NCBI GenBank assembly: GCA_963783305.1
Contig: CAWAMW010000007.1
Span: forward strand, 1-64,000
Direction: 5' to 3'
Length of the DNA: 64,000 bases
From: an uncultured Gemmatimonadales bacterium
GTDB taxonomy: Bacteria > Gemmatimonadota > Gemmatimonadetes > Longimicrobiales > RSA9
In this document: positions 45,919-54,930 of the stretch, piece after piece
Position numbering within the stretch: position 1 is the first letter of the stretch
How the letters are laid out: every line of letters begins with the position of its first letter
The notes under the pieces: model-generated
Told to the model about the DNA's origin: nothing
Seen by the model: only the letters and a program-made list of their open reading frames with translations
Databases searched by the model: none
Position numbers and translations under genes: made by a program

Positions 45919-47028
45919 ATGCGCGCCGAAAAGATCGTCCTCCGAACCATCCAGCTCCGTCTGCGCGAGCCGTTCCGCATCTCGTCGGGGGTGACCCACG
46001 ATCGGACGATCATGCTGGCGTACGTGGATTTCGGCGGTGTGGAGGGTGTGGCGGAGTGCGTGGCGGGGGAGACGCCGCACTATTCGCCGGAGACGGTGGA
46101 GACGGCGCGCTGGGTGATCGAGCGGCACCTGGCGCCGGCGCTGCTGGGGCGGGAGCTGGGGCACCCGTCGGAGGTCACGGCGGTGCTGGAGGAGGTGGCG
46201 CGGGGCCATCGCATGGCGAAGGCGACGCTGGAGATGGCGGCGTGGGAGGCGTGGGCGCGGGCGGAGGGGACGTCGCTGGCGGCGGTGCTGGGCGGCGTGG
46301 CGGCGGCGGTCCCGGCGGGGGTGAGCCTGGGGATCCACGAGGACAGCAGCGCCCTGATCGACAGCATCGCCGGCTACGTGGAGCAGGGCTACCGTCGCAT
46401 CAAGCTGAAGGTGAAGCCGGGGCGGGACCTCTCGGTGCTGGAGGCGGTGCGGGCCGCGTTCCCGGACGTATCGCTCACGGTGGACGCGAATGCGGCCTAC
46501 ACGGCGGCCGACCTGGACCGGCTGGAGGCGCTCGACCGGTTCGGTCTCTCGTACGTGGAGCAGCCGTTCGACGAGGACGCGCTGCTGCTGCACGCCGAGC
46601 TCCAGGCGCGACTGAGCACCGACGTCTGCCTGGACGAGAGCATCACCAGCCCGGAGCGCTGCCGGGAAGCGCTGGAGCTGGACGCCGCGCGGGTGGTGAA
46701 CATCAAGCCGGGCCGACTGGGGGGACACGGCCCATCGCTCCAGGTCCACGACCTGTGCGAGCGGGCGGGCGTGCCCGTCTGGTGCGGCGGCATGCTGGAG
46801 TCGGGTGTGGGCCGGGCGCACAATGTGGCGCTGGCGAGTTTACCGAACATGCGGCTTCCGGGGGATACATCCGCGAGCGCCCGGTACTGGGAGCGTGATG
46901 TCGTCGTGCCGCCGTTCGTGCTCGCGCCCGATGGCACGGTGGCGGTGCCCACGGGCCCCGGCCTCGGCGTGGAGCTGGACGAGGACTTTCTCCGCGCCAT
47001 TGAGATCGACCGCGTGGAGCTGCGGTGA
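45919..47028 (+). CDS. menC: N-succinylamino acid racemase / o-succinylbenzoate synthase (NSAR/OSBS subfamily)
   Basis: IKLKV, DAN, EQP, DES, NIKPGRLGG, WCGGMLE, GDTSAS. Confidence 0.92.
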   Translation: MRAEKIVLRTIQLRLREPFRISSGVTHDRTIMLAYVDFGGVEGVAECVAGETPHYSPETVETARWVIERHLAPALLGRELGHPSEVTAVLEEVARGHRMAKATLEMAAWEAWARAEGTSLAAVLGGVAAAVPAGVSLGIHEDSSALIDSIAGYVEQGYRRIKLKVKPGRDLSVLEAVRAAFPDVSLTVDANAAYTAADLDRLEALDRFGLSYVEQPFDEDALLLHAELQARLSTDVCLDESITSPERCREALELDAARVVNIKPGRLGGHGPSLQVHDLCERAGVPVWCGGMLESGVGRAHNVALASLPNMRLPGDTSASARYWERDVVVPPFVLAPDGTVAVPTGPGLGVELDEDFLRAIEIDRVELR

Positions 47029-48125
47029 GCGGGGCGCTGGAGCGGCTCCGGCGCCTGGTGGAGCTGGAGTCCCCATCCGACGACGAGGCGCGGCTCCGGG
47101 CCGTGGCCGCCGAGTTCGCCGCGCAGCTCACCGATGTCGGCGCACGGGTGGAGAGCGTGGACGTGTCCGGTGTGGGCGTGCACGTGATCGGCCGGCTGCC
47201 GGGGTCGGACGTCGACGCCCGCCCGGTCCTGGTTCTCGGCCACCTCGACACCGTCCACCCCATCGGCAGCTTCGACCCGGTGTTCCGGGTGGAGGATGGC
47301 CAGGCCCGCGGCCCCGGGGTGCTCGACATGAAGGGCGGCCTGGCGTGCATGCTGGAGGCGCTGGCCGTGATCGGGGCGACCGGGCGCCGCCCGAGCCGCC
47401 CGGTGGTGGTGCTGGCCACCTGCGACGAGGAGACCGGTTCCGACACCTCGCGCGCGCTGATCGAGTCGCTGGCCGCCGACGTCCGCGCCGTGCTGGTCCC
47501 GGAGCCGCCGCTCCCGGGCGGCGCCGCCAAGACGCGACGGAAGGGAGTCTCGTGGTACCGCCTCGACGTGCGCGGCCGGGCGTCGCACGCCGGGCTGGAG
47601 CCGGAGGTGGGAGTGAACGCCATCGTCGAGCTGGCCCACCAGGTCCTGGCGATCACCGCGCTCGGCGACCCCGAGGCCGGCACCTCCGTCAGCGTCTGCC
47701 AGAGCTCCGGCGGCACCGCCTCCAACGTCATACCGGCCACGGCGTCCGCCATCCTCGACGTGCGCTTCACCACCGCGGCGGAGGCCGAGCGCGTGGACAT
47801 GGCGCTCCGGTCGCTGTCGCCGCGGCTGCCGGGCGCCGAGCTCGCCCTGGCTGGCGGTGTCAACCGCCCGCCCATGGAGCGGACGGCGGCGCTGGTCACG
47901 CTGTACGAACACGCCCGGTCGCTGGCCGGGGAGGACGGCTGGCGGCTGGATGAGGGCGACTCGGGCGGCGCCAGCGACGGCTCGTTCACCGCGGGGATCG
48001 GTGTCCCCACGCTGGACGGCATCGGCCCCCGGGGCGGCGGCGCGCACGCGCTCGACGAGCACGTGGCGGTCGACGATCTGGACCGCCGCGTTACGCTCTA
48101 CCGGCGCCTGCTGGAGACGCTGTGA
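47025..48125 (+). CDS. M20 metallopeptidase (carboxypeptidase G2-like), candidate desuccinylase
   Basis: GHLDTV, GVLDMKGG, DEETGS, SHAG, GGASDG, GAHA. Confidence 0.9.
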   Translation: MSGALERLRRLVELESPSDDEARLRAVAAEFAAQLTDVGARVESVDVSGVGVHVIGRLPGSDVDARPVLVLGHLDTVHPIGSFDPVFRVEDGQARGPGVLDMKGGLACMLEALAVIGATGRRPSRPVVVLATCDEETGSDTSRALIESLAADVRAVLVPEPPLPGGAAKTRRKGVSWYRLDVRGRASHAGLEPEVGVNAIVELAHQVLAITALGDPEAGTSVSVCQSSGGTASNVIPATASAILDVRFTTAAEAERVDMALRSLSPRLPGAELALAGGVNRPPMERTAALVTLYEHARSLAGEDGWRLDEGDSGGASDGSFTAGIGVPTLDGIGPRGGGAHALDEHVAVDDLDRRVTLYRRLLETL

Positions 48126-48946
48126 GCGGCGCCGCTCCGGTCATCCGGCCGCTCGAGACGCTCGAGGAGCGGGAGGCGTGCGTCGCGCTCCAGGAAGAGA
48201 CCTGGGGCCGCGATTTCCGCGATCGCGTCCCGGGCTCGATCCTCATGGTGGCGCAGGAGGTGGGTGGCGTGGCCAGCGGCGCGTTCCAGGGCGATGAGCT
48301 GGTGGGCTTTGTCTTCGGGCTGACCGGCGTACGGGAGGGCCGCCTCGTCCACTGGTCCGATATGCTGGCCGTCCGCCCGTCGCAGCGAGGGAAGGGGCTC
48401 GGCCTGGCGCTCAAGCTCCACCAGCGGGAGCGACTCCTGGGCGTGGGGGTGGAGACCGTGCTCTGGACCTTCGACCCGCTGGAGTCCAGGAACGCGCACC
48501 TGAACCTGCGTCGCCTCGGCGCCATCGCCCGGACCTACCACCGCGACCTCTACGGCCCGCCCGACTCCCCCCTCCATACCGGGCTCGGCACCGACCGACT
48601 CGTGGCCGAGTGGCCCATCGCATCCGAGCGCGTGCGGCGCCGGCTCGCTGGACGCCCCGCCGACCCCGTGGAAGACGCCACGCTCCTCAACCCGCCCCGC
48701 GCAGGCGGTCCGTTCCCGCGCCCCTCCGAGCGCGTGGCCGCCCCCGCCGGTCCCGCCGTGCGCGTGGCGGTCCCGCGCGACATCCAGCGCCTGAAATCCG
48801 AGGACGGCGACCTCGCGGGAGCGTGGCGGTCGAACGTGCGGGACGCCCTGGAACGGTCGTTCGTCGCCGGCTACATCGCCACGGACGTGGTGCGCAGCGG
48901 CGGGACATCCGAGTACATCCTCACGCTGGACGTGGATTCGAGCTGA
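48122..48946 (+). CDS. GNAT acyltransferase, candidate D-amino acid N-succinyltransferase
   Basis: SDMLAV..QRGKGLGLALKLHQR, WTFDPL..RNAHLN, TDRLVAEW; coupled to NSAR and M20 genes. Confidence 0.85.
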   Translation: MSGAAPVIRPLETLEEREACVALQEETWGRDFRDRVPGSILMVAQEVGGVASGAFQGDELVGFVFGLTGVREGRLVHWSDMLAVRPSQRGKGLGLALKLHQRERLLGVGVETVLWTFDPLESRNAHLNLRRLGAIARTYHRDLYGPPDSPLHTGLGTDRLVAEWPIASERVRRRLAGRPADPVEDATLLNPPRAGGPFPRPSERVAAPAGPAVRVAVPRDIQRLKSEDGDLAGAWRSNVRDALERSFVAGYIATDVVRSGGTSEYILTLDVDSS

Positions 48947-48960
48947 CAGGCGGGCGCTCG

Positions 48961-49018
48961 CCCCCCCGCGCCAGCGGGTCCCGAGGGAGCGAAGCGACCG
49001 CAGGGATCGACCCTCGAC
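48961..49018. repeat. REP-like repeat, second locus
   Basis: CCCCGCGCCAGCGGGTCCC, AGCGAAGCGACC and CGCAGGGATCGACCCTCGAC are shared with 24124-24219. Confidence 0.75.
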
Positions 49019-49030
49019 TGCCTCCGCAGC

Positions 49031-52006
49031 CTACGACCCTTCCCGCCCGAACCAGATCCCCCGCACACGCCCCGCGTCGAGCGTAAACCCCACCACCCGG
49101 TCCCCCTCGCGCTGGAACCGCAGCGTGAGCGGTCCGCGCCGAAACACGCCCGGCCCCGTGGGGGCCATGGCGCCGTCCATCCAGTTGCCCACGTGGAGGT
49201 GCAGCGCGCCGTCATCCAGCGTGACGCGGTAGATGGCGTCGAGCTCAGCGGCACGGTAGGCGCCCTCGTACGTGCGCAGCTCTTCGGTGCGGAGCGAAAT
49301 CGTGTCCACTGGCTCCCGCCCCGTACGTCCGGCGGCCCCGCCTTCCACGGCCGGCCCCATACGGTCGCCCAGTACCGCCGCGCCCACGTCCAGGCTCAGC
49401 CCGGACGGGTCGGCGTCCGCGCGGTTGCAGAGCGTGTAGATCGACACGCCCTCCTCCGGGTAGCGGAGCGATGCCGCGCGGTAGCCCACGAACGCGCCGC
49501 CGTGCGAGACCGTCCGGAGCCCGCGGTGGGTCCCGTGGACCAGTCCGAGCGCGTAGGAGATCGTGTCGCCGGTGCTCAGGACCCCCCGGTCGTGCATGGC
49601 CTCCACGAACCCGGCGCCGCCGACGACCGCGCCGGCATCGAGGTTCCGGTCCCAGGCCGCCAGGTCCTCCACCGAGGTGAAGACGCCGCCATCGCCGATC
49701 ATGGGCAGCGTGGTCATGCTGATGCCGTAGCCGCCCTCCTCGTCGGGGGCGTAGCCCATGGCGCGGTTCGGGACGATGAGGGTGGGGTCGTCGTGGAAGT
49801 GCGTGTGCCGCATCCCCAGCGGCTCGAACATGCGGTCCCGGGCGTACTCCGCCAGCGTGAGCCCGGTCACCCGCTTCACGATCTGCGACAGCAGGAAATA
49901 GCCCGAGTTGCTGTACAGGTGCTCGGAGCCCGGCTCGAAGTTGGGCGCGGTCTGGCGGGCGAGCATGGCGAGGACGTCGTCGTCGGAATACCAGTCGGCG
50001 TCGCGCTTGCCGGCGAGGGACATGAGGGTGAGGTAGTCGCGGACGCCGCTGGTGTGGTGCAGCAGCGACCGGATCGTGAAGCGGGGTCCGAAGTCCGGCA
50101 GCTCCGGGAGGTGCCGGCGAACGGGGTCGTCCAGCGAGATCGAGCCCTCCTGCGCCAGGAGCGCCATCGCCGCCGCGCTGAACTGCTTCGACACTGACCC
50201 GATGCGGAACACCGACGTCGGGCCGAGGCCGATGCCGTGGTCCAGGTCGGCCATGCCGTAGCCGCGTCCGAACACGAGCTCGCCCGCGGCCATCACGCCC
50301 ACCGCGCACCCGGGCGACCGGGTCGAGTCATAGGCGCGGAAAACCGAGTCGATCCCGGCGGTGTCGAGGGTCAGCGGCACGATCGACTGCGGCCGCGCGG
50401 TCGCCCCCATGCTCGCTGGCATCGTTCCGGCGGCCTCCCCGCGCCGCACCACGCGTCCCGGACGGGCCCCCGTGGTCTCACCGTTCTGGTAGACGACCGC
50501 GCCGTTCACCCAGACCCGGTCGATCCCCACGCTGCGGGCGTGCGGCGACTCCGGTGTGGCTCGGTCGCTCACGGCCGCGGGGTCGAACAGGACCAGGTCT
50601 GCGAACGCCCCGGGTCGGATTACGCCCCGTCCCTCGATCCCGGTGTGCGCCGCGGACAGGGCGGTCATCCTGTGCACCGCCGTCTCCAGCGACAGGTGCC
50701 CCGCGCGGACCATGGGCCCCAGGACCCGGGTGAAGGCGCCAAACCCCCGCGGGTGCGCGCCGTCGAGCCCGCCATCGGACGAGACGTTCGTGTGGGGCCA
50801 CTGAAGCAGCCGGGCCACATCGGCCTCGTCCATGCTCGTGGCGATGATGCTCTCTTCGGCGTCCCCGCTCTGCGACCGCTCGATCAGCGCCATGTACGTG
50901 TCGACCGGGTCCTCGCCGCGCTCGCCCGCGACGTCGGCCAGCGTGCGCCCCTCGTACCGGGGCTCCGCCGCGTACCGGGCGATGAGCATGCCCTCCGGGG
51001 GCGCCAGCTCCTCCAGCGCGAAGGTGGCGGCGTCCCGGTCGTCGAACCGACGCTCGGGGAAGAGCACGGTCATGGTGGACTGCCAGTAGGTGTACGGATA
51101 GACGTCCGCCGTGATATCCACGCCCTCCGCGCGGGCGCTGTCCAGGACCGCGATCAGCTCGTCCGCCCGCCCCCAGAGCGACTTCATGGCGAGCTTCATG
51201 TGCGAGACCTGCACCGGAATATCCGCCGCCCGCCCGATGGCGATGGTCTCCCGGATGGCGTCGAAGAGCGTCCGGTCCTCGCTCCGCATGTGGCTGATGT
51301 AGCGACCGCCGCGCTCGCCCGCCGCCCGCGCCAGCGTCACGACCTCGTCGGTGGTGGAATAGATCCCCGGGTCGTACTCGAGCCCCGTGGAGAGACCGAG
51401 AGCCCCGGCGTCCATGTCCCGGCGCAGCAGCCGGGTCATGGCGGCCACTTCGTCCGCCGTGGCGGCGCGTCGGAAGTCGTCCCCCATCACCGCTTCGCGG
51501 ATCGTCCCGTGACCCGCGTACGATGCCACGTTCACCGCGACCCCCGTCTCCTCCACCTGCCGAAAGAACTCCGAGATCGGCAGATGGGAGCCGCCATCCT
51601 GACCGGCGATGATGGTGGTGATGCCCTGGCTCACCGCGCCCGCGGCGTCGGGCAGCCGGAGCAGCGCGGCATCGTGATGGCTGTGGGTGTCGATGAAGCC
51701 TGGCGCCAGCGCCCGGCCGGCCGCGTCCACCACACGCTCCCCCGGCCGCGGCTCCAGACGGCCCACATCGGCGATGCGGTCGCCGTCGATGCGTACATCC
51801 GCTGTCCGCGCGGCCGCGCCGGTCCCGTCGATCAGGCGCGCGCCGCGGATCAGCGTGGTCTCCGCACGGTCCGGGGCCGGTCTCGCGGCGGCGACAGCGG
51901 GGTCGCCCGGTACTCCGCCGGCCGCGCAGCCGGCGAGCACCACCGCGAAGGCGAGGAGCGAGGGGATGGAGCGGGGAGCGGTGGGGTGGCGGCGGTATTC
52001 GCCCAT
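49031..52006 (-). CDS. Lipoprotein fusing N-acyl-D-amino acid deacylase to a beta-lactamase-like serine hydrolase
   Basis: Lipobox LAG-C; PGFIDTHSH, SHMRSE, HPRGFG, ADLVLFDP; then GSVSK (SxxK), YSN, HGG. Confidence 0.9.
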   Translation of the reverse strand: MGEYRRHPTAPRSIPSLLAFAVVLAGCAAGGVPGDPAVAAARPAPDRAETTLIRGARLIDGTGAAARTADVRIDGDRIADVGRLEPRPGERVVDAAGRALAPGFIDTHSHHDAALLRLPDAAGAVSQGITTIIAGQDGGSHLPISEFFRQVEETGVAVNVASYAGHGTIREAVMGDDFRRAATADEVAAMTRLLRRDMDAGALGLSTGLEYDPGIYSTTDEVVTLARAAGERGGRYISHMRSEDRTLFDAIRETIAIGRAADIPVQVSHMKLAMKSLWGRADELIAVLDSARAEGVDITADVYPYTYWQSTMTVLFPERRFDDRDAATFALEELAPPEGMLIARYAAEPRYEGRTLADVAGERGEDPVDTYMALIERSQSGDAEESIIATSMDEADVARLLQWPHTNVSSDGGLDGAHPRGFGAFTRVLGPMVRAGHLSLETAVHRMTALSAAHTGIEGRGVIRPGAFADLVLFDPAAVSDRATPESPHARSVGIDRVWVNGAVVYQNGETTGARPGRVVRRGEAAGTMPASMGATARPQSIVPLTLDTAGIDSVFRAYDSTRSPGCAVGVMAAGELVFGRGYGMADLDHGIGLGPTSVFRIGSVSKQFSAAAMALLAQEGSISLDDPVRRHLPELPDFGPRFTIRSLLHHTSGVRDYLTLMSLAGKRDADWYSDDDVLAMLARQTAPNFEPGSEHLYSNSGYFLLSQIVKRVTGLTLAEYARDRMFEPLGMRHTHFHDDPTLIVPNRAMGYAPDEEGGYGISMTTLPMIGDGGVFTSVEDLAAWDRNLDAGAVVGGAGFVEAMHDRGVLSTGDTISYALGLVHGTHRGLRTVSHGGAFVGYRAASLRYPEEGVSIYTLCNRADADPSGLSLDVGAAVLGDRMGPAVEGGAAGRTGREPVDTISLRTEELRTYEGAYRAAELDAIYRVTLDDGALHLHVGNWMDGAMAPTGPGVFRRGPLTLRFQREGDRVVGFTLDAGRVRGIWFGREGS

Positions 52007-52013
52007 GGGCCTC

Positions 52014-53612
52014 CTAGTAGCGTGCGGGTCGTGCGCCCGCCTCGATGGACTGTCGGATGAATTCCCGGATGTCCTGATTGGCCGTGGCCAGGTCCTCCTT
52101 GCGGAGATACATCATGTGTCCGCTGCGGTAGCCCTCGAACCGGAGACGGTCCCGCAGCCGGCCGCTGGGGTCCAGGTTCCACAGGGTGTACTTCGCCGAG
52201 AAATAGTCCGTGGCGCCATCGTAATAGCCGGACTGCACCATGACGTGGAGGAACGGGTTGGCGGCCATGGCCTGGCGCAGGTTCTCGCCCGTGCGGTCGC
52301 CGTCGCCGTTCCAGGGGTGGACGGGGCCGAAGACCCAGTACTGTAGGTCGGTCTGGTAGCCCAGGTCCTGACGCAGGTACTGGTTGATGGCCGGGGCGAA
52401 CGCGTGGTTCCAGGAGATGAGCTCCTGGTTGTGGTCCGGCCGCGTCCCCGCCGCCTGCCGATCCAGCCCGCGGTAGCGAGAGTCCAGCCGGCCCACGGTG
52501 TACCCCTCATCGCGCAGCAGGTCCTTCCAGAAATACGACGTCGGCACCGCCAGGTTGTGATCCAGCACGTCCCGTTCGTCGATCCCCGAGTAGTAGGCCA
52601 CCTGCCGAGCGATCTCCCGTTTCCGCCCGTCCTCCAGCGAGCCGCCGCGCGCCAGCGCCGGGATGTACTCGTCCACCGTGAACCGCTCCACCTCGGGCAG
52701 GATCGCTTCCAGGTCCTGGGACTGCAGTGCCGGCGGGAGCTGATTGTGGTACCACGCGGCGGCCGTGTAGTAGGGGAGCGTCAGCGCATCGCCCACCGGG
52801 CCCGCCCGCTCCACCCCGAGCTCCGTCGGTGAGACCAGGATCACGCCGTTCAGGTACATCCAGTGCGCGTTCTGGAGCTGTGCCGCGAGCCCAGCCACCC
52901 GCGTGGTACCGTAGCTCTCGCCAATCAGGTACTTCGGCGACGCCCACCGACCCTGCCGCGAGACGAACGTGTCGATCCAGCGCGCCAGGTACGCAATGTC
53001 CTCGTTCACCCCGAAGAACTGGCCGCGGTCCGCGTCGTTCAGGATCCGCGAGAAGCCGACGTTCACCGGGTTCACGTACACGATGTCCGCCACGTCCAGG
53101 ATCGAGTGCGGGTTCTCCTCAACGCCGTACGGCTGGATCGGGTATCCCTCGTCGTCGATCCGCACGAGCCGCGGGCCCGTGTAGCCCAGGTGCATCCAGA
53201 CCGACGCCGAGCCGGGCCCGCCGTTGAACGAGATCACCAGCGGCCGCGTGGCCCGGTCCTCCACGTCCGTCCGCTCGTAGTACGTGTACAGCAGTGTCGC
53301 GATCGGCCGCCCGTCCTCGTCCCATACGGGCTGGTTGCCCACCGTCGTCCGGTACGGGACCCGCCGCCCCTCGATCGTGGCCGTGTGGCTGCTGGTGATG
53401 GCGGTGTCCACCATCACCTCACGCGTCTCGCCCTGCTGCGGCCCACGCTCCCCCGGCGACCGCCCCGCACCCCGCTCCTGCGCCAGCGCGGACCCCGGGA
53501 GCACGAGGCAGAGGAGAAGCGCCACGGCAGCGCCGACCCCGGCGCGGGGCCACGTCCACGGGGCGACCCGGGGACCGTCAGCATTCACGCGCGTACGCGC
53601 TGATGTGCTCAT
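52014..53612 (-). CDS. Peptidase S10 serine carboxypeptidase
   Basis: FNGGPGSAS, GESYG, GYYDGAT, SGHMMY. Confidence 0.92.
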   Translation of the reverse strand: MSTSARTRVNADGPRVAPWTWPRAGVGAAVALLLCLVLPGSALAQERGAGRSPGERGPQQGETREVMVDTAITSSHTATIEGRRVPYRTTVGNQPVWDEDGRPIATLLYTYYERTDVEDRATRPLVISFNGGPGSASVWMHLGYTGPRLVRIDDEGYPIQPYGVEENPHSILDVADIVYVNPVNVGFSRILNDADRGQFFGVNEDIAYLARWIDTFVSRQGRWASPKYLIGESYGTTRVAGLAAQLQNAHWMYLNGVILVSPTELGVERAGPVGDALTLPYYTAAAWYHNQLPPALQSQDLEAILPEVERFTVDEYIPALARGGSLEDGRKREIARQVAYYSGIDERDVLDHNLAVPTSYFWKDLLRDEGYTVGRLDSRYRGLDRQAAGTRPDHNQELISWNHAFAPAINQYLRQDLGYQTDLQYWVFGPVHPWNGDGDRTGENLRQAMAANPFLHVMVQSGYYDGATDYFSAKYTLWNLDPSGRLRDRLRFEGYRSGHMMYLRKEDLATANQDIREFIRQSIEAGARPARY

Positions 53613-53677
53613 CAAAGACTCTCGGATGTGGGTGGTGGAAGATCGTCGCGGGGAGCCGCCCGACGGGCGCCGGTGCT

Positions 53678-53706
53678 ACCTTAGACCGGGCGTCGGGAGG
53701 TGTCAA
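53678..53706 (-). promoter_or_regulatory. Sigma70-type promoter for the S10 peptidase gene
   Basis: Minus strand TTGACA-N17-TAAGGT. Confidence 0.65.
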
Positions 53707-53741
53707 GAAAGCGCGGACGCACGCCGGGCTGTGCAAGGGAC

Positions 53742-53770
53742 TGGACAAACGGGCCATGCGGGTGCAGAAT
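53742..53770 (+). promoter_or_regulatory. Sigma70-type promoter for the receiver gene
   Basis: TGGACA-N17-CAGAAT. Confidence 0.45.
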
Positions 53771-53831
53771 CGCTCAATGTGCGCCGGTTCGACAGGCGGA
53801 GCTGCGGGCGGGACCGAGGGTGGAGGCTGCA

Positions 53832-54197
53832 GTGCCACGCGTGATACTTCTGGTGGATGCGGACAGCGACAGCAGGACGATCCTCAAGGCGTATCTCGAG
53901 CACCACGGGTACGGCGTGCTGGATACACCGGATGGCGGCGAGGCGCTGGACCTGGCACGCAGTCACGCACCCGACCTCATCATCGGCCCCTTCCCGCTGG
54001 ACGTCCCCGGTCACTCGCCCTTCACGCGCGCGGTGCGGCGCGAGAGCGGCTACGACGGGCCGATCCTGACCGTCTCCGCCAGGGCGCGGCCCGAGGACGT
54101 GGAGGCGGCGGAGTCCATCAGCGATGGCGTCCTCCTGAAGCCGGTCCAGCCGTCCACCGTGCTCGAAGCGGTCCAGCGGCTCCTCGGCGACGGCTAG
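53832..54197 (+). CDS. Single-domain atypical response regulator (pseudo-receiver)
   Basis: GGAGG RBS; ILLVD, DGGEAL, PDLII, ILTVSA, LLKPV; phosphoacceptor Asp absent. Confidence 0.85.
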   Translation: MPRVILLVDADSDSRTILKAYLEHHGYGVLDTPDGGEALDLARSHAPDLIIGPFPLDVPGHSPFTRAVRRESGYDGPILTVSARARPEDVEAAESISDGVLLKPVQPSTVLEAVQRLLGDG

Positions 54198-54217
54198 GCC
54201 GTCTCCACCTGGCCCCG

Positions 54218-54718
54218 ATGGACGAAGCCATGCGGAAGATCGAGGCGGAGGGCGCGCGGCTCCACACCGAGCGCCGGGTGGTGCGGTTCCAGGAGGTCGA
54301 CGCCGCCGGGATCGTGTTCTACGCCCGCACGTTCGACTTCTTCCACGACGCCTACGTGGCGTTCCTCCGGGCGCGTGGTGTGCCGCTCGAGGCCGCCCTG
54401 CGGGATGGCACCTGGGCGGCGCCCCTGCGGCACGCCGAGGCGGAGTACCTCCGGCCGCTCCGCTTCGGCGATGCCATCGCCGTCTCCCTCGTCCGCGTCA
54501 ATGTGGGCGAGTCCGACTACAGTATCGGCTACCGCATAGACCTCGACGGCGAGACCGCGTGCGTCGGCCGCACCCACCACGTCACCGTCGACCCCGACAC
54601 GTTCCGCCGCGCACCGGTCCCGCCCGCGCTCCGGCAGGCGCTCGAGGGGGCGGGGCCTGACCGAACGGAGGGGCGCGGCGGGCCCGCGGGGGCTCACGGG
54701 GGAGGACGGCCCGGCTGA
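54218..54718 (+). CDS. Hotdog-fold acyl-CoA thioesterase (4HBT type), candidate DHNA-CoA hydrolase
   Basis: VRFQEVDAAGIVFY, EAEYLRPLRFGD; adjacent to the men operon. Confidence 0.85.
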   Translation: MDEAMRKIEAEGARLHTERRVVRFQEVDAAGIVFYARTFDFFHDAYVAFLRARGVPLEAALRDGTWAAPLRHAEAEYLRPLRFGDAIAVSLVRVNVGESDYSIGYRIDLDGETACVGRTHHVTVDPDTFRRAPVPPALRQALEGAGPDRTEGRGGPAGAHGGGRPG

Positions 54719-54750
54719 TCACCGCGGCTCCGACGGCTAGTTTCAGCCAT

Positions 54751-54890
54751 AACGGTGCTGTCCACCGTCAGGGCTGCAACCGCCGTCCCGCGACGGCGTG
54801 GTCTTCACCCCTGACGACTGCCGGCGACGGGTCTGCTGAACTCGCAGGCGGAACGACGCACCACTTCAGCGGCAACGTCGCCTGGCGCTG
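54751..54890. ncRNA. Candidate structured RNA, family not recognised
   Basis: Two long interrupted hairpins (54766-54816, 54820-54886) plus a small one (54752-54768); no U-tract. Confidence 0.5.
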
Positions 54891-54930
54891 CGGGACGAGG
54901 AGGGTATGGGCCACGCGGCCGGACCACGGT

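Noticed and set aside
54811..54886. Hammerhead ribozyme (CTGACGA) or ZTP riboswitch (CGACTG...CGCCTGG)
   Set aside because: No correctly placed GAAA or stems for a hammerhead; ZTP elements are incomplete and no gene lies downstream in cis
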